A stretch of 64,000 nt of DNA, from contig JAUZSP010000003.1 in NCBI GenBank assembly GCA_030949385.1, positions 453,670-517,669 on the forward strand. Direction: 5' to 3'. Positions within the stretch are counted from its first letter, which is position 1, and the number at the start of each line of letters is the position of its first letter. This document shows, piece by piece, positions 22,944 through 32,604 of the stretch. The notes beneath the pieces were generated by a model. The model was not told where the DNA came from. It saw only the letters and a program-made list of their open reading frames with translations, and searched no databases. Origin of the DNA: Gammaproteobacteria bacterium. Lineage in GTDB: Bacteria > Pseudomonadota > Gammaproteobacteria > JAUZRS01. A program made the position numbers and the translations under genes.

Positions 22944-25900
22944 ATGGAGAACGTGATGATAGCGAAATTAAAAAAAGGCCTTCACTTAAGGCATGGTTTA
23001 TTGGTGACAGGAGCGGTGGCTTTGCTGGCCGTTGCTTCGGTACACGCGACGTTAACGGACGTTGCTTTATCTTCTGTGCCCGCGGCTTCTTTGTTACCAG
23101 GTCTTGCTCAGCAAGCAGGTGATTTGACCGGCCTGAGTGTTGCCACGGATGGCAATACGATGGTAGTGGGTGTGCCGCAAGTAGCGGGTAAAAATTTGGC
23201 GACGGCGGGGGTTAATATGTCACTGCCCGTGCCTTTAGTACCTGTGGTCGCTCCTGGTAAAGCGTACGTTTATGAACGTGTGAATGGTGCTTGGACACAG
23301 GTGGCCACTTTGGCAGCCAGTGTTGGAGCAGATAAAGACGGTTTTGGGGTCAGCGTGGCGGTTGATGGTAATACGATTGTCATTGGTGCTGATGCAAAAG
23401 CCAATAAAAATGGTGCGGTGTATGTTTTTGAAAAGCCGGTTGGTGGCTGGTCAAATGTCGGCGTGACCAATGAAGTCGCACAGCTTGTTCCAACAACCCC
23501 GCTTGGAGTATCTCTGTTTGGTCACTCGGTTGCCATCCAAGGTGGTACGGTGGTGGTGGGTAAATGGGGGTCTCCAGGGAATTTTTCTACAGCGGCAACC
23601 TCTGCTGCGTATATTTTTGAGAAACCCGTTGCGGGTTGGGCAAGTGTGGTTCCACATAATGAAGTGGCTGTTTTGCAGCCTTTGGTGGTTCCAAAGATCA
23701 TCGCTCCAGCAGTCATTGCGGTTAATACTCCACCGCCCTACTTTGGAATGAGCGTTGCCATTGATGGCAATATGATTGCCGTCAATGGTGATTTGGCGGA
23801 TAAAAACAACGCGGCGGTTTATGTGTTTGATAAGCCAGCGACAGCGGGTGGTTGGGCTGATTTAGCCGTTAATGCTAACCCCAGCGCAGAGTTGACTTTT
23901 TCAGCATTGGCTTTGGCGGTTGATAATGGTGCCAGTGGTTCACAGCGTCTCGGCTTTGATGTGGAGATCAATGGTAATACCATTGTGGCCAGTGCGATTC
24001 ATTTTGATAATGGTGCCGCTCTTGATTCTGGAGCGGTATTTGTCTACGAAAAACCGGCTGCCGGTTGGCCTGTTCCTGTACTTCCTGCGTTGTTTCCAAC
24101 GGTGGTGGAGTCTGCGATGTTAACGTCGCCTACGCCTGTTTTAGGTGGGAGTTTTGGTCGCAGTGTGGCGGTGACATCGGAACGTATTTTGGTGGGTAGC
24201 TTTAATAACTCCTTGGGTGCTGATCCTGGTGTTGGCTTTGCGGTGACGAGTGTCTTAGCAGCATCGGCCATTGGTACGGCTTATATTTTTGATAAACCTA
24301 CTGGAATCAATTCCAGCTGGGCAACTTACAGCAGTCTCACAAATCCTGCCCAAACTTGGCAATCACCTGCGGGTGTTTTGGATGACATGTTTGGCTACAG
24401 CGTGGCGGCAGCCAAGACCACCTACATTGCCGGTGCTTGGGGTTTGGATACGGATCTTGCGCCAGCGGATCTGGTGCTTGATATGGATGTTGGTTCTGCG
24501 GCGGTCAAAGAGACCACAGTTGATCTGGTCATCACCAATACTCTGCCCGCTGGTACGGTGCCGATAAATGCCAGTCAGCTAACTTACACCATTACGGTTG
24601 CCAATAACGACCCTGTGGACACAGCCACCAATGTGGTGGTTGCTGATCAGATGCCTGCGGGTTTGAGTTTTGTCTCTGCAACACCGAGTCAAGGGACGGC
24701 CTGTATTGATCTCAATGCCGGTGCTCCAGTAACGGTGCCACCGACTTATCCTTTGATTCAGTGTGCTTTGGGCAGCTTGTTGCCGAATACCTCGGCTTCC
24801 ATTGCGGTGGTGGCTAACGTCACCGATCCAGCTTTGATTGATCACACCGCCAGTGTGACGGCATCGGAATCGGTGGTGAACTCGGCCACCACCAATAATG
24901 CCGCCAATGTTGCTCCAATCGCCGATGCTGGTCTTCCTCAGACGGTTGATGAAGGTGCAGTGGTCACTTTGAGTGGTGTGGGTACAGACACGGCTCTAGG
25001 TACGATTGCCTCCCATGCTTGGACTCAGCTTACGGGTGATACGGTGGTCTTGACTGGAGCGAATACCGACAGTGCCACATTTACCGCGCCGATTTTGAGC
25101 GCCAGCAGCGTTGTACCCATGAGTTTCCAATTGACGGTGACCGATGACGGCGGGGCTTCTGCAACGGCGACTGTAGATATTTCTGTTACCGATATCAGTG
25201 CGCCGTTGATCACCGCTCCATTGGGTATTAGCGTTGAAGCAACAGGTACAAACACCACGGTGACCGCCGCCGTGCTTGGCAGTGCCACAGCGACAGATGC
25301 GTCGGCGGTGACCGTCAGCAGTGATGCAGCGGCAACCTTCCCTATTGGCAATACCACCGTGAACTGGACGGCTACGGATGCCAATGGTCTGAACAGCAGT
25401 GCCACTCAAGTGGTGATCGTAGCGGACAGCACGGCTCCAACCATCACTGCTCCAGCAGCGGTGACGGTTGAGGCGGTTGGTGTTACGACAGCGGTGACGC
25501 TGGGGACACCCGTAACCTCAGACTTGTTTGCCGTAACGGTCAGCAGCGATGCTCCGGCCAGATTCCCTGTGGGTGACACCACGGTGACGTGGACGGCCAC
25601 CGATGCCAATGGTAACAGCAGCACGGCAACACAAATTGTGACGGTGCAAGACACCACCTTGCCTACCATCACCGCTCCGGCGGATGTGACTGAGGAAGCG
25701 ACCGGAGTTACCACCTCGGTTGTGCTGAGTCAGCCGACGACCATTGATTTGTTCGCTGTTACGTTGAGTAACAATGCACCCGCCGCTTTCCCAATGGGTG
25801 ATACCACTGTTATTTGGACAGCGACCGATGCCAATGGCTTGAGCAGTACGGTGTCTCAAACGGTCACGGTGCAAGACAGCATTGCGCCTACTCTGACCTT

Positions 25901-26477
25901 GATCGGTGGCGATAGCTTGATTGCCGTTGGTGGCACGTTTAGCGCACCGTCAGCAACAGCAACGGATCTGGTTTCTGGCAGTGTTGTCGTCAGCGATGAT
26001 CGTGCCACGGCTCTGAACACCGCCGTTGGCGGATCTTATGACATCACCTTTAGCGCAACCGATGCCGCTGGCAATACAGCGACAAAAGTACACACGGTGG
26101 TGGTGAACGCTCTGCCGGTGATCAACGGAGTGCCGACGGCAACGGTGGTGGCAGGGCAGAGCTACAGCTACGCCCTTGATGCTACGGATGCCAATGGGGA
26201 TGCCTTGACCTACAGTGTGTTGAATGCGCCAGCGTGGTTAACGCTCAGCGCCAGCGGTGTTCTGAATGGTTCTCCAACGGCGGCAGATGTGGGTAGCCAT
26301 GAAAACATCACCATTACGGTCAGTGATGGCAACGGTTCGGTCAGTGTTGGGCCGTTTACTGTTGAGGTGACGGCTGTTCCAGCTGCGAGCACAGGTGGTG
26401 GCGGTGGTGGTTCATTGCCTCTGGCTCTGTTGGCTGCTCTGTCACTGCTGGGACTGCGCCGACGCACCAACAAATAA
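22944..26477 (+). CDS. Giant surface protein paralog 3, with the same architecture as paralog 2 (FG-GAP propeller, DUF11, PKD-like, 3 HYR, Ig-like, cadherin-like, GlyGly-CTERM)
   Basis: The track ORF starts at 22767, but that is an in-frame leader. The homologous start MENVMIAKLKK at 22944 is followed by a signal peptide (LLVTGAVALLAVASVHA). The last ~150 aa are identical to paralog 2. Confidence 0.85.
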   Translation: MENVMIAKLKKGLHLRHGLLVTGAVALLAVASVHATLTDVALSSVPAASLLPGLAQQAGDLTGLSVATDGNTMVVGVPQVAGKNLATAGVNMSLPVPLVPVVAPGKAYVYERVNGAWTQVATLAASVGADKDGFGVSVAVDGNTIVIGADAKANKNGAVYVFEKPVGGWSNVGVTNEVAQLVPTTPLGVSLFGHSVAIQGGTVVVGKWGSPGNFSTAATSAAYIFEKPVAGWASVVPHNEVAVLQPLVVPKIIAPAVIAVNTPPPYFGMSVAIDGNMIAVNGDLADKNNAAVYVFDKPATAGGWADLAVNANPSAELTFSALALAVDNGASGSQRLGFDVEINGNTIVASAIHFDNGAALDSGAVFVYEKPAAGWPVPVLPALFPTVVESAMLTSPTPVLGGSFGRSVAVTSERILVGSFNNSLGADPGVGFAVTSVLAASAIGTAYIFDKPTGINSSWATYSSLTNPAQTWQSPAGVLDDMFGYSVAAAKTTYIAGAWGLDTDLAPADLVLDMDVGSAAVKETTVDLVITNTLPAGTVPINASQLTYTITVANNDPVDTATNVVVADQMPAGLSFVSATPSQGTACIDLNAGAPVTVPPTYPLIQCALGSLLPNTSASIAVVANVTDPALIDHTASVTASESVVNSATTNNAANVAPIADAGLPQTVDEGAVVTLSGVGTDTALGTIASHAWTQLTGDTVVLTGANTDSATFTAPILSASSVVPMSFQLTVTDDGGASATATVDISVTDISAPLITAPLGISVEATGTNTTVTAAVLGSATATDASAVTVSSDAAATFPIGNTTVNWTATDANGLNSSATQVVIVADSTAPTITAPAAVTVEAVGVTTAVTLGTPVTSDLFAVTVSSDAPARFPVGDTTVTWTATDANGNSSTATQIVTVQDTTLPTITAPADVTEEATGVTTSVVLSQPTTIDLFAVTLSNNAPAAFPMGDTTVIWTATDANGLSSTVSQTVTVQDSIAPTLTLIGGDSLIAVGGTFSAPSATATDLVSGSVVVSDDRATALNTAVGGSYDITFSATDAAGNTATKVHTVVVNALPVINGVPTATVVAGQSYSYALDATDANGDALTYSVLNAPAWLTLSASGVLNGSPTAADVGSHENITITVSDGNGSVSVGPFTVEVTAVPAASTGGGGGGSLPLALLAALSLLGLRRRTNK

Positions 26478-26496
26478 ATTAGAGTTTCTCTCCTTT
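26079..26496 (+). repeat. 418-bp block nearly identical to 22219-22636
   Basis: See the 22219-22636 entry. Confidence 0.9.
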
Positions 26497-26526
26497 AGCC
26501 CTCACTTAGATGAGGGCTTTTTTTAT
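26497..26526 (+). terminator. Rho-independent terminator after paralog 3
   Basis: gccctca-cttaga-tgagggc followed by tttttttt. Confidence 0.7.
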
Positions 26527-26605
26527 GCCGGTAAAAAAGTTTCAGAGCGGAATTTAAATGCTATGGTGAAAAGCCCATGTGATAAACAACGATTGAGGAG
26601 CTGTT

Positions 26606-27127
26606 ATGTCGATTCGCCCTTTTGCTGGAATAGAGCCCACCATTGCAGCCAGCGCTTATATTGATGCGGATGCGGTGGTGATTGGTGATGTCCACATCGG
26701 TGAGCAGAGTTCGGTTTGGCCGACGGTGGTGATTCGCGGTGATGTGGAAAAAATTCGCATCGGTGCACACAGCAACATTCAAGACGGCTCGGTGCTGCAC
26801 GTCAGTCACGACAGCGAATACGCACCAGGTGGAAAATCCTTGCTGATCGGTGACGGTGTGACCGTGGGGCATAAGGTAATTTTGCACGGCTGCACGGTGC
26901 AAGATTATGTCTTGGTCGGCATGGGGGCGATTGTCTTGGATGGTGCTGTTTTAGAGTCTGGAGTGATGTTGGGGGCGGGCAGTTTGGTCTCTCCTGGCAA
27001 GGTATTGGAAGGCGGTTATTTGTGGTTGGGTTCACCGGCCAAACGGGTACGTCCTTTGAGCGATAAAGAACGCCGCTTTTTGCGTTACTCGGCAGAGCAT
27101 TATCAACGTCTTAAAGATCGTTATTGA
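26606..27127 (+). CDS. Gamma-class carbonic anhydrase family / hexapeptide-repeat protein (YrdA/PaaY-like)
   Basis: 173 aa with left-handed beta-helix hexapeptide repeats and conserved His residues (IGDVHIGEQSSVWPTVVIRGD..., HGCTV). Confidence 0.8.
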   Translation: MSIRPFAGIEPTIAASAYIDADAVVIGDVHIGEQSSVWPTVVIRGDVEKIRIGAHSNIQDGSVLHVSHDSEYAPGGKSLLIGDGVTVGHKVILHGCTVQDYVLVGMGAIVLDGAVLESGVMLGAGSLVSPGKVLEGGYLWLGSPAKRVRPLSDKERRFLRYSAEHYQRLKDRY

Positions 27128-27161
27128 TCTGGGGCACGATGCTTGAGGTGAATGTATTGGG

Positions 27162-27785
27162 TTGTTGAAGGAGTATTTTATGTTTGATGATCATGAAGGC
27201 GGTTATGAGGCGCGAACTTCGGAACTGGAAGGGGTTAAGGTTGGCAGCCTTTTTTATCTGATGGGGGCCTCGGGGGTGGGTAAGGATGCGCTGATGGCCG
27301 CCGCTCGACAGCGTTTGCAATTTGATGATTCGGTGTTGTTTGCCCATCGTTACATCACCCGTCCGGCTGCTCCAGAGGCGGAAAATCACATTGTATTGAG
27401 CGAGCAGGAGTGGCGCACTCGGCAGCGTTTGGGGTTGTTTTCGCTCTCTTGGCAAAGTCACGGTTTCCGTTATGGCATCGGTATTGAGATTGACCACTGG
27501 TTGCAGTTGGGGCTGAATGTGGTGATTAACGGCTCGCGTGAATATTTGGCCGAGGCGAGCAGGCAGTATGATCTGCGCCCCATTTTGGTATCCGCTTCTG
27601 CATCAACCTTGCGCCAGCGTCTGTTAAATCGAGGCCGAGAGGGGGGAGAGTCTATCGAATTGCGATTGCAACGGGCGCAGCAGTACGATCAGCTCATTCA
27701 CCCTAAGTTGATGACGTTGCATAACGATGCGGAGTTGGAAACAGCGGTCGAACAGCTGCTTTTGCTGTTGACCGATTCGGTTTGA
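27162..27785 (+). CDS. phnN: Ribose 1,5-bisphosphate phosphokinase PhnN (guanylate-kinase-like)
   Basis: P-loop [34 protein letters not shown] and [17 protein letters not shown] closely match E. coli PhnN (AHRYITR, ENHIALSEQEF, LSWHANGLYYGVGVEID). Confidence 0.8.
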   Translation: MLKEYFMFDDHEGGYEARTSELEGVKVGSLFYLMGASGVGKDALMAAARQRLQFDDSVLFAHRYITRPAAPEAENHIVLSEQEWRTRQRLGLFSLSWQSHGFRYGIGIEIDHWLQLGLNVVINGSREYLAEASRQYDLRPILVSASASTLRQRLLNRGREGGESIELRLQRAQQYDQLIHPKLMTLHNDAELETAVEQLLLLLTDSV

Positions 27786-27803
27786 AGTTGAAAAAAAGAG
27801 GGT

Positions 27804-28668
27804 TTAGAGTTGGGTGCGTAAGGCTGCGATGCGCTCTTCTAAAGGCGGATGGCTGGAGAAGAAGCGCGAAAAACCGCCGCCACTGGCGATACCAAACGCC
27901 GCCAACTGACCGTCCAGTTGTGAGGGTTGGTTGTTTTTCAGCCGTTCCAGAGCAGCGATCATCTTTTGTGGAGAACTTAAACGTGCTGCACCTGCATCGG
28001 CGCTGTATTCGCGTTTGCGTGAAAACCAGGCAACAATGGTGCTGGCAAAAAAATCCCAGTATCAGTTCCAGAACAAACACCACCGCCATATAGGCAAAGA
28101 AACCCAAGCCTTCGCCTTCTTCATCATTGCTGGAAAGGGCTGAGTCAATGGCGCTGGCGATCAAGCGGGCAACAAAAATAACGAAGGTGTTGATGATGCC
28201 TTGGATCAGCGCCAAGGTGATCATGTCGCCATTGGCAATGTGACTGACTTCATGCGCCAGTACCGCTTCCGCTTCGTCTTGGCTCATGTCGTTCAAGAGG
28301 CCAGTGCTGACTGCGACCAAGGAGCTGTTCTTTTTCATGCCGGTGGCAAAGGCGTTGATTTCGGGAGAGTCGTAAATGGCCACTTCGGGCATTCCAATTC
28401 CAGCTTGGGTGGCTTGGCGTTGTACTGTTTCCAGCAACCAGCGCTCGGTGTGGTTGCTGGGGTGTTCGATCACCTGCGCGCCAGTGGAGCGTTTGGCCAT
28501 CCATTTAGAGAGTGCCAGCGAGATAAACGAACCGCCCATGCCAAAAGCAAAGGCGATAAACAACATGCCGCCGATGCTGTTGGACTTGATTCCGAACAGG
28601 CTCATTACAATGCCGAGCAGCAGTACAATGGCCAGATTGGTGGCTAAAAAGAGCACGATGCGTTTCAT
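27804..28668 (-). CDS. htpX: Protease HtpX (M48 zinc metalloprotease), frame broken by a 1-nt insertion in an A7/T7 run at 28047-28053
   Basis: [11 protein letters not shown] (HEXXH) is present. The track ORF after LELILGF reads nonsense. Removing one T gives [26 protein letters not shown]...[18 protein letters not shown], the canonical HtpX C-terminus, with its stop at 27804-27806. Confidence 0.85.
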
Positions 28669-28864
28669 AAGTTTTCTGTTTTCCTGGGCTGCATAAATAC
28701 GTCCCCATAAGATGGGGGCGGTGGGCTAAAGTTCAAGCCAGCAGCGTGTTTAGAGGGTTGGTTTTGTCTCGTTATCGCACTGGGTCGGGCAATTAATGCT
28801 ATAAACGCCGCTGAATTTTTGCTAAATTCGCAACCGTAATTCGATGTCTTTGGGGTATTAATTC

Positions 28865-30193
28865 ATGGTCAAGTTAATGTGGCCGCTTGTGTTGATTGGC
28901 ACTGCTCTGTTGTCGGCTCCTGCCGTGGCAGAGTTTGAGTTGCAACAATTGGTGCAGTTTCACACTGAACGCCAAACCATGGACGGTTACGTTTACGCAA
29001 CAAAACACCTGAAAGAGATGGAAGGTGATCCAGAATTTGATTATTATTATGCTATGCTGTCCATTGATTCTGGCAACAGCGGTCAGGGTGTGTTTGCGCT
29101 GGAACGGGTTTTGGCCTTGCAGCCGAATAATCGCGCGGCTCGCTTGGAGTTGGCGCGTGGTTATTTTGCACTGGAAGAGTACGATCGGGCTCGACACGAG
29201 TTTAAACAGGTGTTGAAAAGCCGCCCGCCCTCTCAGGTTAAGGCAAAAATTGAACGCTATATGGACGCCATTCGCCTTAAGTCGGGACGTTATCGCACCA
29301 CCTCGCAAGGTTTTATTGAACTGGGGGCAGGTTATGATTCGAATCTTAATGCAGCACCCAGTGATGAGCGGATTAGCTTAGGGGCATTGGATGTGCGCTT
29401 GAATGCAAACAGTGTGAAGCGAGAAGATGGCTACGCTGTTTTGTCGGGGCTGTATCGTTTCAATCGTCCTCTCACTCAAGGACGCTCCTTTTTTGTGTCT
29501 GGTGCGCTTGATTATCGAGGTTATGCCAAGGAGCAAACCTTCGATAATGGTACGGTGCAGTTGAATGGCGGTATGGTTTTTATAGAAAAACAAGATCGTT
29601 ATCAATGGAGTGGCCAGTTAAGCCAATATCTGTTGGATGGTGAGGCGTTTCGTAATACAGCGGCGTTAAATGGTCAGTGGCGTCGTCGTTTGGACCAGCA
29701 GCGCCAACTCTCCTCTTTTGCTCAATTGAGTAAATTGGATTACCCCGTGGATTCGGTGCGTAACTCAAGCGGTGTGCTTTGGGGGTTGGGGTTAACGGAG
29801 AATTTCGTATCTGCTTTGTCACCGGTGTTGTTTGTGAATGGCTATTTGGGCTTGGAGAAGCCCGATGAGTCTACCTTGGAAGCGCAAGCAACTGCGGAGC
29901 GGGATTATTTTGGTTTAAAGGCGGGGGCGCAGTTTACTCTGACGCCAAAATCGACCCTCTCCAGTAGTCTCTCTTATCAGCGCAGCCAATTTGGTGCGCA
30001 CCTTGACTTGACCGATGATAAAAAAAATCGCGAAGACGATTACATCAATGTGAGTGCCGATTGGGCGTGGTTGTTTGCTAAGGAATGGAGTCTTCGTGGC
30101 CGAGCGAGCTATTTGGTGAATGACTCCAATTCGGCTTTAGGCCGATACGATCGTCTTTATGGCGATCTTCGTCTGCGCTATGAGATAAATTAG
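28865..30193 (+). CDS. Outer-membrane protein with N-terminal TPR repeats and a C-terminal beta-barrel domain (Slam/DUF560-like, hypothesis)
   Basis: Signal peptide (LLSAPAVA/EF). TPR-like helices (ALQPNNRAARLELARGYFALEEYDRARHEFKQVL). The following ~300 aa have alternating amphipathic beta-strand character. Confidence 0.55.
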   Translation: MVKLMWPLVLIGTALLSAPAVAEFELQQLVQFHTERQTMDGYVYATKHLKEMEGDPEFDYYYAMLSIDSGNSGQGVFALERVLALQPNNRAARLELARGYFALEEYDRARHEFKQVLKSRPPSQVKAKIERYMDAIRLKSGRYRTTSQGFIELGAGYDSNLNAAPSDERISLGALDVRLNANSVKREDGYAVLSGLYRFNRPLTQGRSFFVSGALDYRGYAKEQTFDNGTVQLNGGMVFIEKQDRYQWSGQLSQYLLDGEAFRNTAALNGQWRRRLDQQRQLSSFAQLSKLDYPVDSVRNSSGVLWGLGLTENFVSALSPVLFVNGYLGLEKPDESTLEAQATAERDYFGLKAGAQFTLTPKSTLSSSLSYQRSQFGAHLDLTDDKKNREDDYINVSADWAWLFAKEWSLRGRASYLVNDSNSALGRYDRLYGDLRLRYEIN

Positions 30194-30357
30194 TATTAGA
30201 AAAGAATGTTATCTTCGTCACGGTTGTGGTTAAGGCGATGCGTTATCTTTTTTCTGTTCGCTCGAAGGATGGAGCTTTGACAGTTAGGAGATAACTTCAC
30301 CTTAAGAAGGTGCTGATACTGTTTTCAGGAATGAACTAACTAGGTTGAGGATAAGCC

Positions 30358-32583
30358 ATGCGTACAACAAGTAAAAACCTATGGCTCGCCGCCGTGATTG
30401 CAGCAGTGATGTTGCCGACATCGTGGTTGATAACGCCGGTTGCGGCAGCAAATTTGGCGGATAACGCTCGTTCAACGGGTTATTGGCAGGTAAAACGGGG
30501 CGATACACTCTACTCCATTGCTCGCCAACTTTATCCAAATAAGGGCAAACAGCAGGCTCGTTTACGCAAGGCGTTGGTTCGTTTGAACGAAAATGCATTT
30601 CCTTCTGGAAAAGCGGACAGTTTATCGGCAGGTGCTCGCCTTAAGTTGCCGCGTTACACCCTCAAGGGTGATAAACCGTTGCTAAGAGCGAAACAAACGT
30701 CCGCCTCTTTAAATCAATCGGCTGACGGTGGTTGGAAAGTCAAACGTGGCCAGTCGCTGAGCATCATCGCGCGCCGTTTGGCTCCTGGTAACAAACGTCT
30801 TCAAGAAAATTTGGTTGCTGATCTGCTGCGCCTTAATCCCAGTGCTTTTGCGGGCGGCAAGGTGCGTGGTTTGAGGGTTGGAGCGCTATTAACTCTGCCG
30901 TCTTACTTAACCGAGAAGAGTGTTACGAAACCGATGCGTCAAGTGGTTTCCACGGAAACCTTAGGTCAGCCCGTTGTAACCTTACCTAAAAAGCAGTCCG
31001 CTAAACCGATGCCCGTGGTGGCCAAGGTGAGTTTGCCCTTGGCCAACTCGGTTGGTCGTGTGTTGATGACCACCTCTGTTTTGCAGGCGCGTCGGGATGC
31101 CGGTGCGCTGCGTTCATTGAACCGTAACAGCCGAGTTTATGTTGGGGATACCTTGATCACTGGTTCTGCTGGCACCACTCAGTTACGCATGAAAGACGGT
31201 GCTTTATTGGCTTTGCGCCCTTCAACGGAGTTTAAAATCGAGGAGTACCGTTACGAAGGCAGTGAAAACGGACGTGAGCGGAGTTTCTTCCGCCTCTTGC
31301 GCGGGGGATTTCGCACCATTACTGGCGCGGTGGGGCACCTGAACAAATCTAATTATCGGGTTGCAACTCGGGTGGCGACCATCGGCATTCGGGGTACTCA
31401 TTACGGTTTGCAGCTTTGTGATTCCGGTTGTGGTGCAGGTAAAAGCGGACTTTATGGCGGTGTTGTGGATGGCAGCATTGTGGTGAGCAACGATGCGGGG
31501 GAGAAAGTGTTCAACAATGATGAATATTTTCATGTTGCTACCGCGGCCTCCCAGGCTCGGCCTTTGTTAGCTCCTCCTGGGGTGGTGTTCGATGCGGATA
31601 TGCCCGCGAGCGGTGGTGATGATTCTGAGGGTGTTGAGGGCATCATGGCGAGTTTGAGCAACATGCATCCTGATGCGGATCAACTTTCTGTCAGCATGTT
31701 GTCAACTATCACGACAACGGTTTCTGAACAGCCTAATGCCGTAGGTAAACAGGCCAATCCAGAAGAACAGTTTAATTCTGTGGGTGTGGTGGGTGGACGG
31801 GGCAGTGCACCCGTTGCCGGTTCAGTTGCGTTGGCCGCTTGGTCGTCAGAATCCGCTTCCGGTCAGTTTTCTGGCAACAGCTCGGGGGTGCAAGCAGGTG
31901 AAGCAAACGGTGCTTTTTCAGTTGAGCAGCAGCGTACTGACATTGCTTCAGGTCAACGGGTGGATAATGCCGTTTCAGCGTTGGGGCGGCAAGAGAACCG
32001 AGTTGCGTTTTTAGCAGGCAATGCTCTGTTAAGAGACACCGGTTTGGTGCAGGTTGCGGGAGTGGATGTGGGTTGGGGGCGTTGGCAAGGCGATTGGCGA
32101 GCGTTCTCTAACGATGTTGAACAGAGCAATGGTTCCAGTGTGCATTATGTTTATGGCTCTCAAGTGACCACTGCTGATCAGTTACGTGCGTTGAGTGGTA
32201 CGGTTAATTACACCACGATTGTGGGTGGAACCTTGTCTACTGCACATAGCCCCAGTGTCAATACGGGGCAATTGACCTCTGTTGAGGTAGAGGTTGATTT
32301 TGGTGCTATGCAGATTGATAAATATGAAATCAGCGCGGATTTTATGGACAGTACTGAAACCTTGAGTGCGCAGAGCATTGCGCCGACGTCGTTGAGCAGC
32401 GCAGCTCAGGGTGGCCTTGTTTTAGATGGTAATTATATTACGGCGACTTCTGTTACTCAGCCCTTGAGCGGCAGTGCCAGTGTGAACTTTGTCGGTGCGC
32501 AGGCACAAGGCCTGTTGAGCAGTTACGCTTTGGCGGGTGAAGATAATGCGTACAGTGGGACTTTTGTTGCTACTGCGCCTTAA
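30358..32583 (+). CDS. Secreted 741-aa protein with two FimV-core/LysM-like motifs, a FecR-like domain and a long low-complexity Ser/Gly/Ala/Val-rich C-terminal region
   Basis: Signal peptide ends VAAANLA. YWQVKRGDTLYSIARQLYP...LNENAFPSGKADSLSAGARLKLP and WKVKRGQSLSIIARRL...LNPSAFAGGKVRGLRVGALLTLP match the FimV N-terminal motif. RVYVGDTLITGSAGTTQLRMKDGALLALRPSTEF is FecR-like. Confidence 0.55.
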   Translation: MRTTSKNLWLAAVIAAVMLPTSWLITPVAAANLADNARSTGYWQVKRGDTLYSIARQLYPNKGKQQARLRKALVRLNENAFPSGKADSLSAGARLKLPRYTLKGDKPLLRAKQTSASLNQSADGGWKVKRGQSLSIIARRLAPGNKRLQENLVADLLRLNPSAFAGGKVRGLRVGALLTLPSYLTEKSVTKPMRQVVSTETLGQPVVTLPKKQSAKPMPVVAKVSLPLANSVGRVLMTTSVLQARRDAGALRSLNRNSRVYVGDTLITGSAGTTQLRMKDGALLALRPSTEFKIEEYRYEGSENGRERSFFRLLRGGFRTITGAVGHLNKSNYRVATRVATIGIRGTHYGLQLCDSGCGAGKSGLYGGVVDGSIVVSNDAGEKVFNNDEYFHVATAASQARPLLAPPGVVFDADMPASGGDDSEGVEGIMASLSNMHPDADQLSVSMLSTITTTVSEQPNAVGKQANPEEQFNSVGVVGGRGSAPVAGSVALAAWSSESASGQFSGNSSGVQAGEANGAFSVEQQRTDIASGQRVDNAVSALGRQENRVAFLAGNALLRDTGLVQVAGVDVGWGRWQGDWRAFSNDVEQSNGSSVHYVYGSQVTTADQLRALSGTVNYTTIVGGTLSTAHSPSVNTGQLTSVEVEVDFGAMQIDKYEISADFMDSTETLSAQSIAPTSLSSAAQGGLVLDGNYITATSVTQPLSGSASVNFVGAQAQGLLSSYALAGEDNAYSGTFVATAP

Positions 32584-32604
32584 AAACAGGTGACGGTGAT
32601 TGAT

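Noticed and set aside
27703-27803. Apparent overlap of htpX (track ORF) with the 3' end of phnN
   Set aside because: The overlap exists only because the frameshifted reading runs past the true htpX stop at 27804-27806. It is not a real gene overlap.
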